From Syntrophales bacterium (GTDB lineage: Bacteria > Desulfobacterota > Syntrophia > Syntrophales > UBA5619), in contig JAURXV010000053.1 of NCBI GenBank assembly GCA_030654195.1, forward strand, positions 16,958-80,957: DNA of 64,000 bases, given 5' to 3'. The notes beneath the pieces are model-generated. The model ran no database searches and had not been told where the DNA came from. It saw only the letters and a list, made by a program, of their open reading frames with translations. Positions within the stretch are counted from its first letter, which is position 1; the number at the start of each line of letters is the position of its first letter. Made by a program: the position numbers and the translations under genes. This document shows, piece by piece, positions 1-9,004 of the stretch.

Positions 1-436
1 GGGCATAACGGGGATCCATCCCCACCGTCTCCAGCAGGGCGGCCACACGGTCCTTTTTCTCTCTCCCCCTGGCGACGCCGTGGATCTGGAGCGGCTCGCC
101 GATAATATCCCCCGCCGTCATCCGGGGATTCAAGGAGGAATAGGGATCCTGGAAAATGATCTGCATATCCCGCTTGATCCGGCGCAGTTCCTCTTTCGTA
201 AGCCCCGCCAGCTTGACCCCTTCAAAGGTGATCTCTCCGGCCGTCGGCTCCAGGAGCCCCAGGACCAGCCTGCCCACCGTCGTCTTACCGCAGCCCGATT
301 CCCCGACGAGCCCCAGGATCTCGCCCCGGTTGATGTGGAAGCTGACGCCGTCCACGGCCTGAACATACCCCCGGATACGGGAAAAAACGCCGCCCCGGAT
401 GGGGAAATATTTTTTCAGGTCTCTTACGTCCAGCAC
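1..436 (-). CDS. Peptide/nickel-type ABC transporter ATP-binding protein (OppF/DppF-like), truncated by window edge
   Basis: Not in ORF track because it runs off the window. My minus-strand translation from GTG at 436-434 (GGAGAGGGG 6 nt upstream) reads VLDVRDLKKYFPIRGGVFSRIRGYVQAVDGVSFHINRGEILGLVGESGCGKTT..., with a Walker A motif. It lies directly downstream of the OppD-like gene. Confidence 0.8.
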   Translation of the reverse strand, partial: MLDVRDLKKYFPIRGGVFSRIRGYVQAVDGVSFHINRGEILGLVGESGCGKTTVGRLVLGLLEPTAGEITFEGVKLAGLTKEELRRIKRDMQIIFQDPYSSLNPRMTAGDIIGEPLQIHGVARGREKKDRVAALLETVGMDPRYA

Positions 437-461
437 TTTTGACCCCTCTCCTGCTGTCCTC

Positions 462-1460
462 TCAGGCAAAAAAAACCTTTTTCTCGTCATTGTACATGAA
501 ACACCGAACCCGATGTCCGGCCCCGGCATCCTCCAGGGCCGGTTCCTCCACCCGGCAGAAGTCACGGGCGTAGCCGCAGCGAGGATGAAACCGGCACCCC
601 GGCGGAAAATCGAGCGGATTGGGAACCGATCCGGAGATGACATCCAGGCGCTTCTTCCGGCTGTCCGTCAACCGGGGAATCGAGTTGTAAAGGGCGCGTG
701 TATAGGGATGGAGAGGATTCTGGAAGATCGTTCTCACGTCGGCATACTCCACCGCCTTCCCCGCATAGGCCACCGCCACATCCTCGGCCACCTCGGCAAT
801 GACGCCCAGATCGTGGGTGATCATCATGACGGCCATGCCGGTCTCTTCCCTGATCTTCCGGATCAGCCGCAGGATCTGCGCCTGGATGGTCACATCGAGC
901 GCCGTTGTAGGTTCATCGGCAATCAACAGCTTCGGCCGGCAGGAGAGAGCCATGGCGATCATGGCCCTTTGCCGCATCCCACCGCTCATATGGTGGGGAT
1001 ACTCATCAATCCGCTTCTCCGGAGAGGGAATGCCCACAAGATTGATCATCTCGATCGCCTTCTCGCGGGCGTCTCTCTTGTTGAGTTTCTGGTGGAGGAT
1101 GATCGACTCCATGATCTGATTGCCGATCGTGAAGACGGGGTTGAGCGATGTCATGGGTTCCTGAAATATCATGGCAATCTCGTTCCCCCGGATCGCGCGC
1201 ATCTCCTCCCGGCTCTTCTTCAGCATGTCCTGTCCCTCGAAGAGGATCTCACCCTCCACGATCCGCCCCGCCGGCTCGGCGATGAGCCGCATGACTGAAA
1301 GCGCCGTGACGCTCTTCCCGCACCCCGACTCGCCGATGACGCCCAGGGTTTCTCCCCGATAGAGAACCAGGTCCATACCGTCGACGGCCCGGGCCACGCC
1401 GCCGTCGGTGTAGAAATAGGTCTTTAAGTTATTGATTTCCAGCAGTATCTCACGCGACAC
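462..1460 (-). CDS. Peptide/nickel-type ABC transporter ATP-binding protein (OppD/DppD-like)
   Basis: 332 aa. Walker A GESGCGKSV, signature MSGGMRQR, Walker B LLIADEPTTALD, and the C-terminal oligopeptide-ABC extension (CRFHPRC). Confidence 0.9.
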   Translation of the reverse strand: MSREILLEINNLKTYFYTDGGVARAVDGMDLVLYRGETLGVIGESGCGKSVTALSVMRLIAEPAGRIVEGEILFEGQDMLKKSREEMRAIRGNEIAMIFQEPMTSLNPVFTIGNQIMESIILHQKLNKRDAREKAIEMINLVGIPSPEKRIDEYPHHMSGGMRQRAMIAMALSCRPKLLIADEPTTALDVTIQAQILRLIRKIREETGMAVMMITHDLGVIAEVAEDVAVAYAGKAVEYADVRTIFQNPLHPYTRALYNSIPRLTDSRKKRLDVISGSVPNPLDFPPGCRFHPRCGYARDFCRVEEPALEDAGAGHRVRCFMYNDEKKVFFA

Positions 1461-1612
1461 CGTTTCTTCTCCCGTTCTCTTCCTTGCAGGGGGCGCACCG
1501 CCCCTTCTTCGTTCCTGCCGCCCTCCAAAGAGGGTGCATTCCTTTCCAAATATGCGGAATTGACGACTTGTCGACTTTTACGAAAGCATCAGAATGCTGC
1601 GTCTCCTCTTCT

Positions 1613-2953
1613 TCAAGCCAGGTGGAGCACTATATCGCTGACTTTGTGAACCTCGAAACTCTCCACCAGTTCCAGGATCTCCCGGACCTGCCCTTCATCG
1701 ATGATCCCCCGGGTGATGAGACGGAACTTGTTCTGCAGTTCCTCGTCGGTGAGGGGATTTTCGCTGTCGCCCTTCGCTGCCACGAGGCCGGAGCTCAAAG
1801 TCCTGCCGTCCCGGGTTGTGATCTCGACTTCCGCGAGGCACTGGCGCGGGAACCGCTCCTGAATTTCGGGACAGGCGACAATCTCCATCACCGCCATCAG
1901 GGCCCCGACCTCGGGATTCCGGAAATATTCCTCCCGGAGGTGCTGCGGCGTGAATTCCCCATAGAGGGCGGTCACGGCCACGGGATACAAGACATTATAC
2001 TCGGCATCTTCCATCGTCGTCGGGACCATTCTACACAATTTGACCGCTTCGGAAAAGCCCCGGATGCGGATCCCGGCGATCTGCTCCCGCGTCAGGCCGG
2101 CTTCGGTCATGATCTTCTTGAGACCGTCGATGGCGGGATGTGCCCACCGGCAGCAGGGATAGGGTTTGAAATAGAGGTCCATCATCCGGTACTCTTCCCC
2201 CAGGGTGAAGACGTCATGATTTCTCTCCCTGTCTCCCAGCAGGCTGGGAATGCCCGTGTAGCCCTTCCCGGCGAGCAGGGCGGCGCTCATCCCCACCATC
2301 GCACCCCAGGCGATGCCGTCCTTGGGCGCCATGCTGGGAGTTTCCACGGCGCGGATCTCCGGGATGAGCGGCGCATAGGATTCGGCAATGCCGAGGGCGT
2401 GGCCGGTCTGAGCCGGCGACAACCCGAGCAGTCGGGCAACGCCTGCCGCCGCGCCGACGGCCCCCCAGGAGCCCGAGCCGTGATAGAAGCCGTAATGTGC
2501 GTGGAGGATCACACCGGCTCGGATGGCAACCTCGTAACCGATAATAAGCGCCTCCAGGAATTCCTTCCCCGTGGCGCCCGCTTGCTCCGCTGCGGCCAGG
2601 AGGGCGGGGAAGACTGCCGCTCCGGGATGCCCCTTCACGAGTCGATATCCGTCGTCGATATCGAGGGCATTGACGATGAAACCGTTCACCAAGGATGCCG
2701 CCGCACAGGGGAGTTTCCGCCCGGCGCGAATTACGGTGGCCTCCCCGGCGCCGTTCATCTGACCCATTGCGAAATCGAGGAGAATCCGGGCGCCCTTCGC
2801 CCCGGCCCCGGCCAGACAGGCGCCTGTGAGATCCAGAAGACAGATCCGGGCCCTCTGCACCACCTCCGGCGGAACAGCGGCCAGATTCAGGCCATGAATA
2901 AAGCTTATCGCACGGGCATTGCCGTCTTGCGCCATGATTCCTTCTCTTTTCAC
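1613..2953 (-). CDS. MmgE/PrpD family protein (2-methylcitrate dehydratase-like fold, function unknown here)
   Basis: 446 aa. The N-terminal pattern (ARICLLDLTGACLAG ... NALDIDDGY ... GHPGAAVFPALLA) is typical of MmgE/PrpD. It sits between the permease and ATPase genes of the ABC operon. Confidence 0.85.
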   Translation of the reverse strand: MKREGIMAQDGNARAISFIHGLNLAAVPPEVVQRARICLLDLTGACLAGAGAKGARILLDFAMGQMNGAGEATVIRAGRKLPCAAASLVNGFIVNALDIDDGYRLVKGHPGAAVFPALLAAAEQAGATGKEFLEALIIGYEVAIRAGVILHAHYGFYHGSGSWGAVGAAAGVARLLGLSPAQTGHALGIAESYAPLIPEIRAVETPSMAPKDGIAWGAMVGMSAALLAGKGYTGIPSLLGDRERNHDVFTLGEEYRMMDLYFKPYPCCRWAHPAIDGLKKIMTEAGLTREQIAGIRIRGFSEAVKLCRMVPTTMEDAEYNVLYPVAVTALYGEFTPQHLREEYFRNPEVGALMAVMEIVACPEIQERFPRQCLAEVEITTRDGRTLSSGLVAAKGDSENPLTDEELQNKFRLITRGIIDEGQVREILELVESFEVHKVSDIVLHLA

Positions 2954-2954
2954 G

Positions 2955-3833
2955 TTACTCTCCCCGGAGACGAGGGTCGACCATGTCCCGCACCCCGTCC
3001 CCCAGCATGTTGAAGGAGAGGATCGTGATCAGAATGCTCATGCCGGCGAAAACCGAGATCCAAGGGGCGTTGATCAGGACATCGACCCCCTCCCGGATCA
3101 TGTTCCCCCAGGTCGGCGTGGGCGGCTGGACGCCCATGCCGATGAATGCGAGGTTCGCCTCCAGGCGGATGGCCACCCCGATCCAGAGGGTCCCCGCCAC
3201 GAGCAGCTCGCCGAAGATGTTGGGAAAGATGTGCCGGATGAGGATCCTCGGCACGCCCGCGCCGATGGCCTGCGCCGCCACAACGTAGTCCCGCTCCCGC
3301 AGGGACAGAATAAGGCCGTGGGAGAGGCGGGCAAACCGGGGCGTCATGACGAGCGCAATCGTCAGGATCAGATTGATCAGATTCGATCCCAGGGCGGCCG
3401 TGACTGCGATGGCCAGGATCAGATCGGGGAAACACATGATCACATCGGTAAAGCGCATGATGACCGTTTCCGTCTTGCCCCGGAGGAAGCCTGCCATCAT
3501 CCCCATGAGCGTTCCGACAATCAGACCCGCGACGACCGAAGCGACGCCGATGATAAGCGATATCCGCGTCCCCCAGATGATCCGGGAAAGCACGTCCCGG
3601 CCGAAATCGTCCGTTCCCAGCCAGTGCTTCACGCTGCGATCGGCCAGACGGTAGAAGGAATCCTGGGCCAGAGGGTCATAGGGCGCGATCCAGGGAGCGA
3701 ATACCCCCACAAACACAATGAGGACGGCGATCACGCCGCCGACAAGGGCGGTCCGGTTGCGCAGAAAGGCGGTCCACATCCGCTGTCCTTCCGAGATTTC
3801 CCGCGACTTTACGTTTTCCATCAATTCAGACAT
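2955..3833 (-). CDS. ABC transporter permease (DppC/OppC-like)
   Basis: 292 aa, multi-pass membrane protein. N-terminal PWIAPYDP motif and an EAA-like loop (AAQAIGAGVPRILIRHIFPN). Confidence 0.9.
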   Translation of the reverse strand: MSELMENVKSREISEGQRMWTAFLRNRTALVGGVIAVLIVFVGVFAPWIAPYDPLAQDSFYRLADRSVKHWLGTDDFGRDVLSRIIWGTRISLIIGVASVVAGLIVGTLMGMMAGFLRGKTETVIMRFTDVIMCFPDLILAIAVTAALGSNLINLILTIALVMTPRFARLSHGLILSLRERDYVVAAQAIGAGVPRILIRHIFPNIFGELLVAGTLWIGVAIRLEANLAFIGMGVQPPTPTWGNMIREGVDVLINAPWISVFAGMSILITILSFNMLGDGVRDMVDPRLRGE

Positions 3834-3918
3834 AAAATTTCCGTTTCCGGAGAGACCCCCGCCTGATCCGCCGGCGCCCTGCCCCCTCGGGCACGGCTAT
3901 GCCGTAAAGGGGGCCGCA

Positions 3919-4860
3919 TCAATGATACTTGATCCGGGGATCGATGAGCCCGTAGATCAGATCCGTCAGGAGGTTGATGAGGACCACGATCACCGTGTAG
4001 ATCACCATGACCGACTGGAGGGTTGTATAGTCCCGCTGCTTGATGGCCCCCACCATCAGGGTGCCCAGTCCCGGTCGGGAAAAGACGATCTCCACCATCA
4101 CCGAAGAGCCGATCAGGACCACGGCATAGAGCCCCCCCAGGGCCACAATGGGGATGAGCGCGTTCCTCAGGACATGTTTGTAGAGCACGCGGTTTTCCGC
4201 GACTCCCTTGGCATGGGCCGTCCGGACATAATCCTCGGCGAGGATATTGAGAATGGACGACCGGGACATGCGGGTAATATAGGCCGTCATCAGCAATCCG
4301 AGGGTCAGGGCCGGGAGAAAAAGATGGCGGAGCAAATCCTTCAGATTGTGAAACTCACCAGCCCCCACGACCGGAAAGAGGGGGATCTTGATCGAAAAAA
4401 GAAGAATGAGCAGGATTCCGAGATAAAAAGCAGGTACGGAAAGACCAAGCAGCGAAAAAACCCGGTTGAAATAGTCGACGAAACTGTTTCTCCGTACGGC
4501 CGCCGAGATCCCCAGGGGAACGCCGAAGAGATATCCCAGAATGATGGCGCTCATCGTCAGGAGCAGTGTGTGGGGAAGGACCGTCGCCACCTGCTTCGCC
4601 ACCGGGTAGCCGGTAATGATCGAAATACCCAGATCGCCCCGGCCGAGATCGCCTATGAATCGCATATACTGGAGCCATAGGGGCGCATTGAGTCCCATTT
4701 TCTCCCGGAGTGCGTTCACCGCGTCCTTGCTCGCGTAATCACCGAGGGCAGCCACGGCGGGATCCCCGGGAAGCACCCGGACGACGATAAAGACCAGGGT
4801 TAGTACGATCAGCAGGATCGGAATGCTCTGGAGCATCCTGCGTACGACATAGCTGAACAT
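3919..4860 (-). CDS. ABC transporter permease (DppB/OppB-like)
   Basis: 313 aa. MFSYVVRRMLQSIPILLIVLTLVFIVVRVLPGDP is the canonical DppB/OppB N-terminus, with YVRTAHAKG in the EAA loop. Confidence 0.9.
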   Translation of the reverse strand: MFSYVVRRMLQSIPILLIVLTLVFIVVRVLPGDPAVAALGDYASKDAVNALREKMGLNAPLWLQYMRFIGDLGRGDLGISIITGYPVAKQVATVLPHTLLLTMSAIILGYLFGVPLGISAAVRRNSFVDYFNRVFSLLGLSVPAFYLGILLILLFSIKIPLFPVVGAGEFHNLKDLLRHLFLPALTLGLLMTAYITRMSRSSILNILAEDYVRTAHAKGVAENRVLYKHVLRNALIPIVALGGLYAVVLIGSSVMVEIVFSRPGLGTLMVGAIKQRDYTTLQSVMVIYTVIVVLINLLTDLIYGLIDPRIKYH

Positions 4861-4898
4861 GAATAAATAACCCCCGGTTGATAAATATGGGGGCCAGA

Positions 4899-4941
4899 TC
4901 TTGCAATTAAGCGGTTTTCAGCAAAATGCCAAATTGCAAGA
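4899..4941 (-). promoter_or_regulatory. Intercistronic stem-loop between SBP and permease genes
   Basis: Perfect 10-bp inverted repeat tcttgcaatt (4899-4908) / aattgcaaga (4932-4941) with a 23-nt loop, in the 113-nt gap after the SBP stop codon. Confidence 0.45.
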
Positions 4942-4973
4942 CCTGACCCCCGGCTGTTTGACCCCCGGCCGTT

Positions 4974-6623
4974 TTATTTTGCCAGGATTCTTGTTTTTTC
5001 CGTGATCTGCGGCGAATAGGTTGCCCAACTGAATTCGAGCGGATGTCCCAGATCCACGTAGGATTTCATGGGAAAGTTGTACTTCAGCCGGATGATCGGC
5101 ACAACCGCCACGTTCTTGAGCATCTGGATCTGCGCCTCACGCCAGAGGGCCGCCTGCTTGGCCGCATCGAGCTCCCAGCGGGCCTTAGTGATCAGTTCGT
5201 CGATGCTGTCCACCTTGCCGTCGCCGTCGGCATCCACGGCGCCGTAGTGGGTAAAGTTGGTATCCGGCTTCTTCCCTGTCTTGACTACGGAGTCGGAATG
5301 GTAGAAACGGGTCAGGAAGACATCCACGTTGGGACGCCAGGAGGCGTAATAAACAATGGGGCTGGCATCATCTCGGATCAGGCTGTGGAACGATGAGTGG
5401 TCCACTACCTTGAGCGCCATGTCGATCCCCGCCTTCTTCACCTGAGCCTGGATGGCGATCATCGGCTTCTGATAACTGCTCGCCATCTCACTGATGATCA
5501 CCTCGATCTTCAGGCCGTCGGGATAGCCCGCTTCGGCCAGGAGTTTCTTTGCCTCGGCAATATTGTTTTCGTAGATGACGCCGGCCTTCTGCGCCTCTTC
5601 CTTCGTCAAGGCGCCTGGTGCGGGCGGAGCCTGGGCCGGCGAATAGATGGGCACCGCAAGTCCTTTGCCCATGAACGCGGCGACTTCCTCGCGGGAGACG
5701 GCATAGGAGAAGGCCTTGCGCACACGGACGTCGTTAAAAGGCGGCTTGGCCATATTGAAATGGAGTACCTGGCTTTCACAGGGACCGAAGGTCTTCACGA
5801 CCACGTCGGGAAAGGAGGCCACTGTTTCCGCCCATTTGTCCTCCTTGAGCCCTTCGATGATCTGCAATTCGCCGGTGCGGAGACCGAATTCCCGGGAAGC
5901 CACCGCCGGCATGAACAGGATCACGACCTGCTTCAGGATCGGCGCGCCCCGGAAGTACTTCGGATTGGCTTTGAGGACGATCTTCTGGCGGGGCTCATAG
6001 GAGTCGAACATAAAAGGTCCCGTCCCCACGGGATTGATCTTGATCCACTCATCGCCCTTCGCCTCGATCGCCTTCTTGCTGACGATGAAACCGCCGGCAT
6101 AGCTGGCGAATTTCGCCAGGAAAAGCGTTTCCGATACCGGTTTGTCGATGGTGATCTTTACCGTGTAGGGGTTCACCGCCTCGAAGCTGATGCCGGTATA
6201 TTCGCCCGCGTAGGATGACCGCTTCGGATCGGCGGCCCGCGTAAGAGAATAGACCACATCTTCGGCGGTCAGCTCATACCCTTTGGGAAAGCCGGGGAAA
6301 GGGTGAAAAAAGACCCCCTTTCTAAGTGAGAAGGTCCAGACCTTCTTATCGCTGGAGAGCTTCCAGGACGTCGCCAGATCCGGTTCCACCTTGACCTGAT
6401 CCCCCGGCGGGTAACGCACGAGACCATTATAAATGGGATCTACGGCGCTGCGGTCGTTCGTCGAGGCCGCCTGATGGGGATCGAGCGTCTTGAGATCGCC
6501 CGCATCAAAGGCGATATTGAGGATCTGTTCCTTGGCCAGCTTCGGCTGAGCGGCGTCGGCGGCAGACCAGCAGACCATTAGAAATACAGCCATTGCCAAA
6601 CATATGATGTGTTTCTTTTTCAT
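4974..6623 (-). CDS. ABC transporter substrate-binding protein, family 5 (peptide/nickel type)
   Basis: 549 aa with a signal peptide (MKKKHIICLAMAVFLMVCWSAADA). Length and sequence are typical of SBP family 5. It is the first gene of the operon. Confidence 0.9.
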   Translation of the reverse strand: MKKKHIICLAMAVFLMVCWSAADAAQPKLAKEQILNIAFDAGDLKTLDPHQAASTNDRSAVDPIYNGLVRYPPGDQVKVEPDLATSWKLSSDKKVWTFSLRKGVFFHPFPGFPKGYELTAEDVVYSLTRAADPKRSSYAGEYTGISFEAVNPYTVKITIDKPVSETLFLAKFASYAGGFIVSKKAIEAKGDEWIKINPVGTGPFMFDSYEPRQKIVLKANPKYFRGAPILKQVVILFMPAVASREFGLRTGELQIIEGLKEDKWAETVASFPDVVVKTFGPCESQVLHFNMAKPPFNDVRVRKAFSYAVSREEVAAFMGKGLAVPIYSPAQAPPAPGALTKEEAQKAGVIYENNIAEAKKLLAEAGYPDGLKIEVIISEMASSYQKPMIAIQAQVKKAGIDMALKVVDHSSFHSLIRDDASPIVYYASWRPNVDVFLTRFYHSDSVVKTGKKPDTNFTHYGAVDADGDGKVDSIDELITKARWELDAAKQAALWREAQIQMLKNVAVVPIIRLKYNFPMKSYVDLGHPLEFSWATYSPQITEKTRILAK

Positions 6624-6809
6624 GTTTTCTCCCCCTTTTTATGTCATCCCCGGCGGGGATGCAGAATCGTTTTCGCTACAGGGTCGTCCCGTCGCCCCGT
6701 TGCAACCTCCGAACTTCAGACACCGCGCAACTGCTGCCGCGGCTCACACCCTATTCTATCGTCTTCTGTCGTCGAAACCGCCTGTCGGTCCCTTTTACAG
6801 TGGATAAGG

Positions 6810-7706
6810 CTATTTTACAAGACCCTGGCTCTTCAGGAAGTTCTTCGCAACCTCTTCGGCCTCCTGTTTTTTCCCATCAACCGTGTAGTTGAGCGCCGCC
6901 ATGGCGTCGTCGCTGATCTTTCCGGCCAGGACATTGAGAGCGTCGGCCGCTTTCGGCGCCTTGGTCAGCAGATCCATCCTCACCACCGGCGCGGCGAAAT
7001 AGGGCGGGAAGAATTTCAGATCGTCATCGAGGACCACCAGGTTAAAGGCGGGAATACGGCCGTCCGTGGCAAAGCCGGAGATCACATTCACCTGATTCTC
7101 GGCAATGGCCTTGTAAACAAGACCCGGATCCATCCCCTTCTGATCCTTGAACTTGAGCCCATAGTGCTTCACCAGACCGGGAACCCCGTCCGGTCTCGCC
7201 AGAAATTCGATGGTGCCGCCGAAGACGAGGTCACCGGCCAGAAGTTTCAGGTCGGAGATCTTCTTGACCTTGAGGCGTTCCGCGTCGGCCTTCCGCATGA
7301 CGATGCAGTAGGTGTTGTTGAAACCCCAGGGTTTGAGCCAGGTGAGCTTGAACTTGTCCTCGTAATCCTTCTTGACAACCTGATAGACCTCTTCGGGATC
7401 CTTCAGGACTGCCCTTTTTAAAATAGTCGTGAGGCCCGTACCCGTATATTCCACGTAGACACTGATATCGCCCCGAACAAGGGCCTCATGACAGATGACC
7501 GTGCCGCCGAGCCCGATCTTACGGTCCACTTTGAAGCCGTTGCTTTCCAGCAACAGACTCACCATATTCCCTAGGATCACCTGTTCCGTGAACCCCTTCG
7601 ATCCCACCAGGATCTTTTCCTGCGCCGTCGCCGCCGGCGTCAGCGCGCCCATGATGAAAACCAACGACAGAACCAGTACAAAAAAAAGACCTCTCTTCCC
7701 TTTCAT
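6810..7706 (-). CDS. Glycine betaine/choline/carnitine-type ABC substrate-binding protein (OpuBC/OpuCC/OsmX-like)
   Basis: 298 aa with a signal peptide. KILVGSKGFTEQVILGNM...YVEYTGTG is typical of the OpuAC-fold osmoprotectant binding proteins. Confidence 0.85.
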   Translation of the reverse strand: MKGKRGLFFVLVLSLVFIMGALTPAATAQEKILVGSKGFTEQVILGNMVSLLLESNGFKVDRKIGLGGTVICHEALVRGDISVYVEYTGTGLTTILKRAVLKDPEEVYQVVKKDYEDKFKLTWLKPWGFNNTYCIVMRKADAERLKVKKISDLKLLAGDLVFGGTIEFLARPDGVPGLVKHYGLKFKDQKGMDPGLVYKAIAENQVNVISGFATDGRIPAFNLVVLDDDLKFFPPYFAAPVVRMDLLTKAPKAADALNVLAGKISDDAMAALNYTVDGKKQEAEEVAKNFLKSQGLVK

Positions 7707-7719
7707 ATTCCCCCTCCTT

Positions 7720-8361
7720 TTAAATAACTGTTTTGGCTGCCAACCTTTTCACCCTTTTTTCCATCCACCCCAGACCGGCGTCCGTTCCAACGGCCAGAAG
7801 CGCCGTTGGGATGGACCCTGCAAGCAGCAGGTTACGGTCTGCCATGACAATCCCCTGAAATATCAGATCCCCCAGACCGCCGGCGCCGATCAGCGCCGCC
7901 AGGGCGGCCACGCTGATGCTCAGGACCGCCGCCGTCCTGATCCCCGCCATGATGACGGGAAAGGAAAGGGGAATCTCCACCAGCGTCAGGATTTCCCGGT
8001 TCTTCATGCCCATTCCCCGGCCGGCCTCGATGAGGAAACGGTCGACGTTGACGATGCCGGAATAGGTGTTGTTGAGGATGGGAAGCACCCCCCGGATGAC
8101 GATCGCGAAGACGGCTGGTTTCAGGCCGATCCCGAGTACGGGAATCACGAGCCCCAGGATGGCGAGGCTGGGGATCGTCTGCCCGATATTGGCCGAATTT
8201 ACGACCACGTGGGCCAGTTTGCGGTATCGGGTGATGAGAATCCCGAGGGGTACGGCCACGACCACGGAAATGACCACGGCGATGGCGCTCACCTCGATAT
8301 GCCTCAGCGTCGCGAAGAGAAGCACTTCCCGTTTTTCCAGGCAGAACATTATAAAATCCAT
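7720..8361 (-). CDS. Osmoprotectant/quaternary-amine ABC permease
   Basis: 213 aa membrane protein, paralogous to the adjacent 8369-9004 product (shared ...IEAGRGMGM...L..VEIPL..PVIMAGIRTAAV...). Confidence 0.85.
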   Translation of the reverse strand: MDFIMFCLEKREVLLFATLRHIEVSAIAVVISVVVAVPLGILITRYRKLAHVVVNSANIGQTIPSLAILGLVIPVLGIGLKPAVFAIVIRGVLPILNNTYSGIVNVDRFLIEAGRGMGMKNREILTLVEIPLSFPVIMAGIRTAAVLSISVAALAALIGAGGLGDLIFQGIVMADRNLLLAGSIPTALLAVGTDAGLGWMEKRVKRLAAKTVI

Positions 8362-8368
8362 AATCAGT

Positions 8369-9004
8369 TCAGTTGCGCAGACCGGCCGGCGTCAGCGCCC
8401 GTTCCAGAAGAATGAATAGATAATCGACCCCCACCGCCAAGAGAATCACCGGGACAGCCCCCGCAATGATCTGGTCCGAATTGACGCTGGCGATCCCCCG
8501 AAAGATGAGCCAACCCAGGCCGCCGGCGCCGATGTAGGCCGCAATGGTGGCCGTGCCGATATTCATGACGGCGGCCGTCCGGATGCCCGCCATGATTACG
8601 GGCAGGGCGACGGGGATTTCCACCATCCGCAGAAACTGCCAGTTGCTCATCCCCATCCCCTTCCCCGCCTCGCGGATGGACGGATCAATATGAATGATGC
8701 CCACGAAGGTGTTCCTGATCAGTGCCAGTTGGCTGTATAGGATCAGGGCGATCAGCGTGGGTTTGAGCCCGATGCCGATGAAAGGGATCAGTATCCCGAA
8801 GAGGGCCAGGCTGGGAATCGTGTAGAGAATGCCGGCGATGCCGATAATGGCGCCCGCCGCCCGCTGATGGCGGGTGATGAAAATGCCGATGGCCACGCCG
8901 ATGACCGTCGAAATGGCGACGGCGATCAGCGTAATCTCGATATGCTCGATGGTGAGCTTCAGAATGAGTCCGATATTCTTGATGAAATACTCGATTACAC
9001 TCAA
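8369..9004 (-). CDS. Osmoprotectant/quaternary-amine ABC permease
   Basis: 211 aa membrane protein with the EAA loop REAGKGMGMSNWQFLRMVEIPVALPVIMAGIRTAAV. Confidence 0.85.
   Translation of the reverse strand: MSVIEYFIKNIGLILKLTIEHIEITLIAVAISTVIGVAIGIFITRHQRAAGAIIGIAGILYTIPSLALFGILIPFIGIGLKPTLIALILYSQLALIRNTFVGIIHIDPSIREAGKGMGMSNWQFLRMVEIPVALPVIMAGIRTAAVMNIGTATIAAYIGAGGLGWLIFRGIASVNSDQIIAGAVPVILLAVGVDYLFILLERALTPAGLRN

Noticed and set aside
399-1298. 299-aa + strand ORF
   Set aside because: It is antisense to the well-supported OppD-like ATPase gene. The translation is low-complexity and Arg/Gly/His-rich, the typical shadow ORF of GC-rich DNA.
1484-3013. 509-aa + strand ORF
   Set aside because: It is antisense to the MmgE/PrpD gene and to part of the permease gene. 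It has no recognisable motifs and a shadow-ORF composition.
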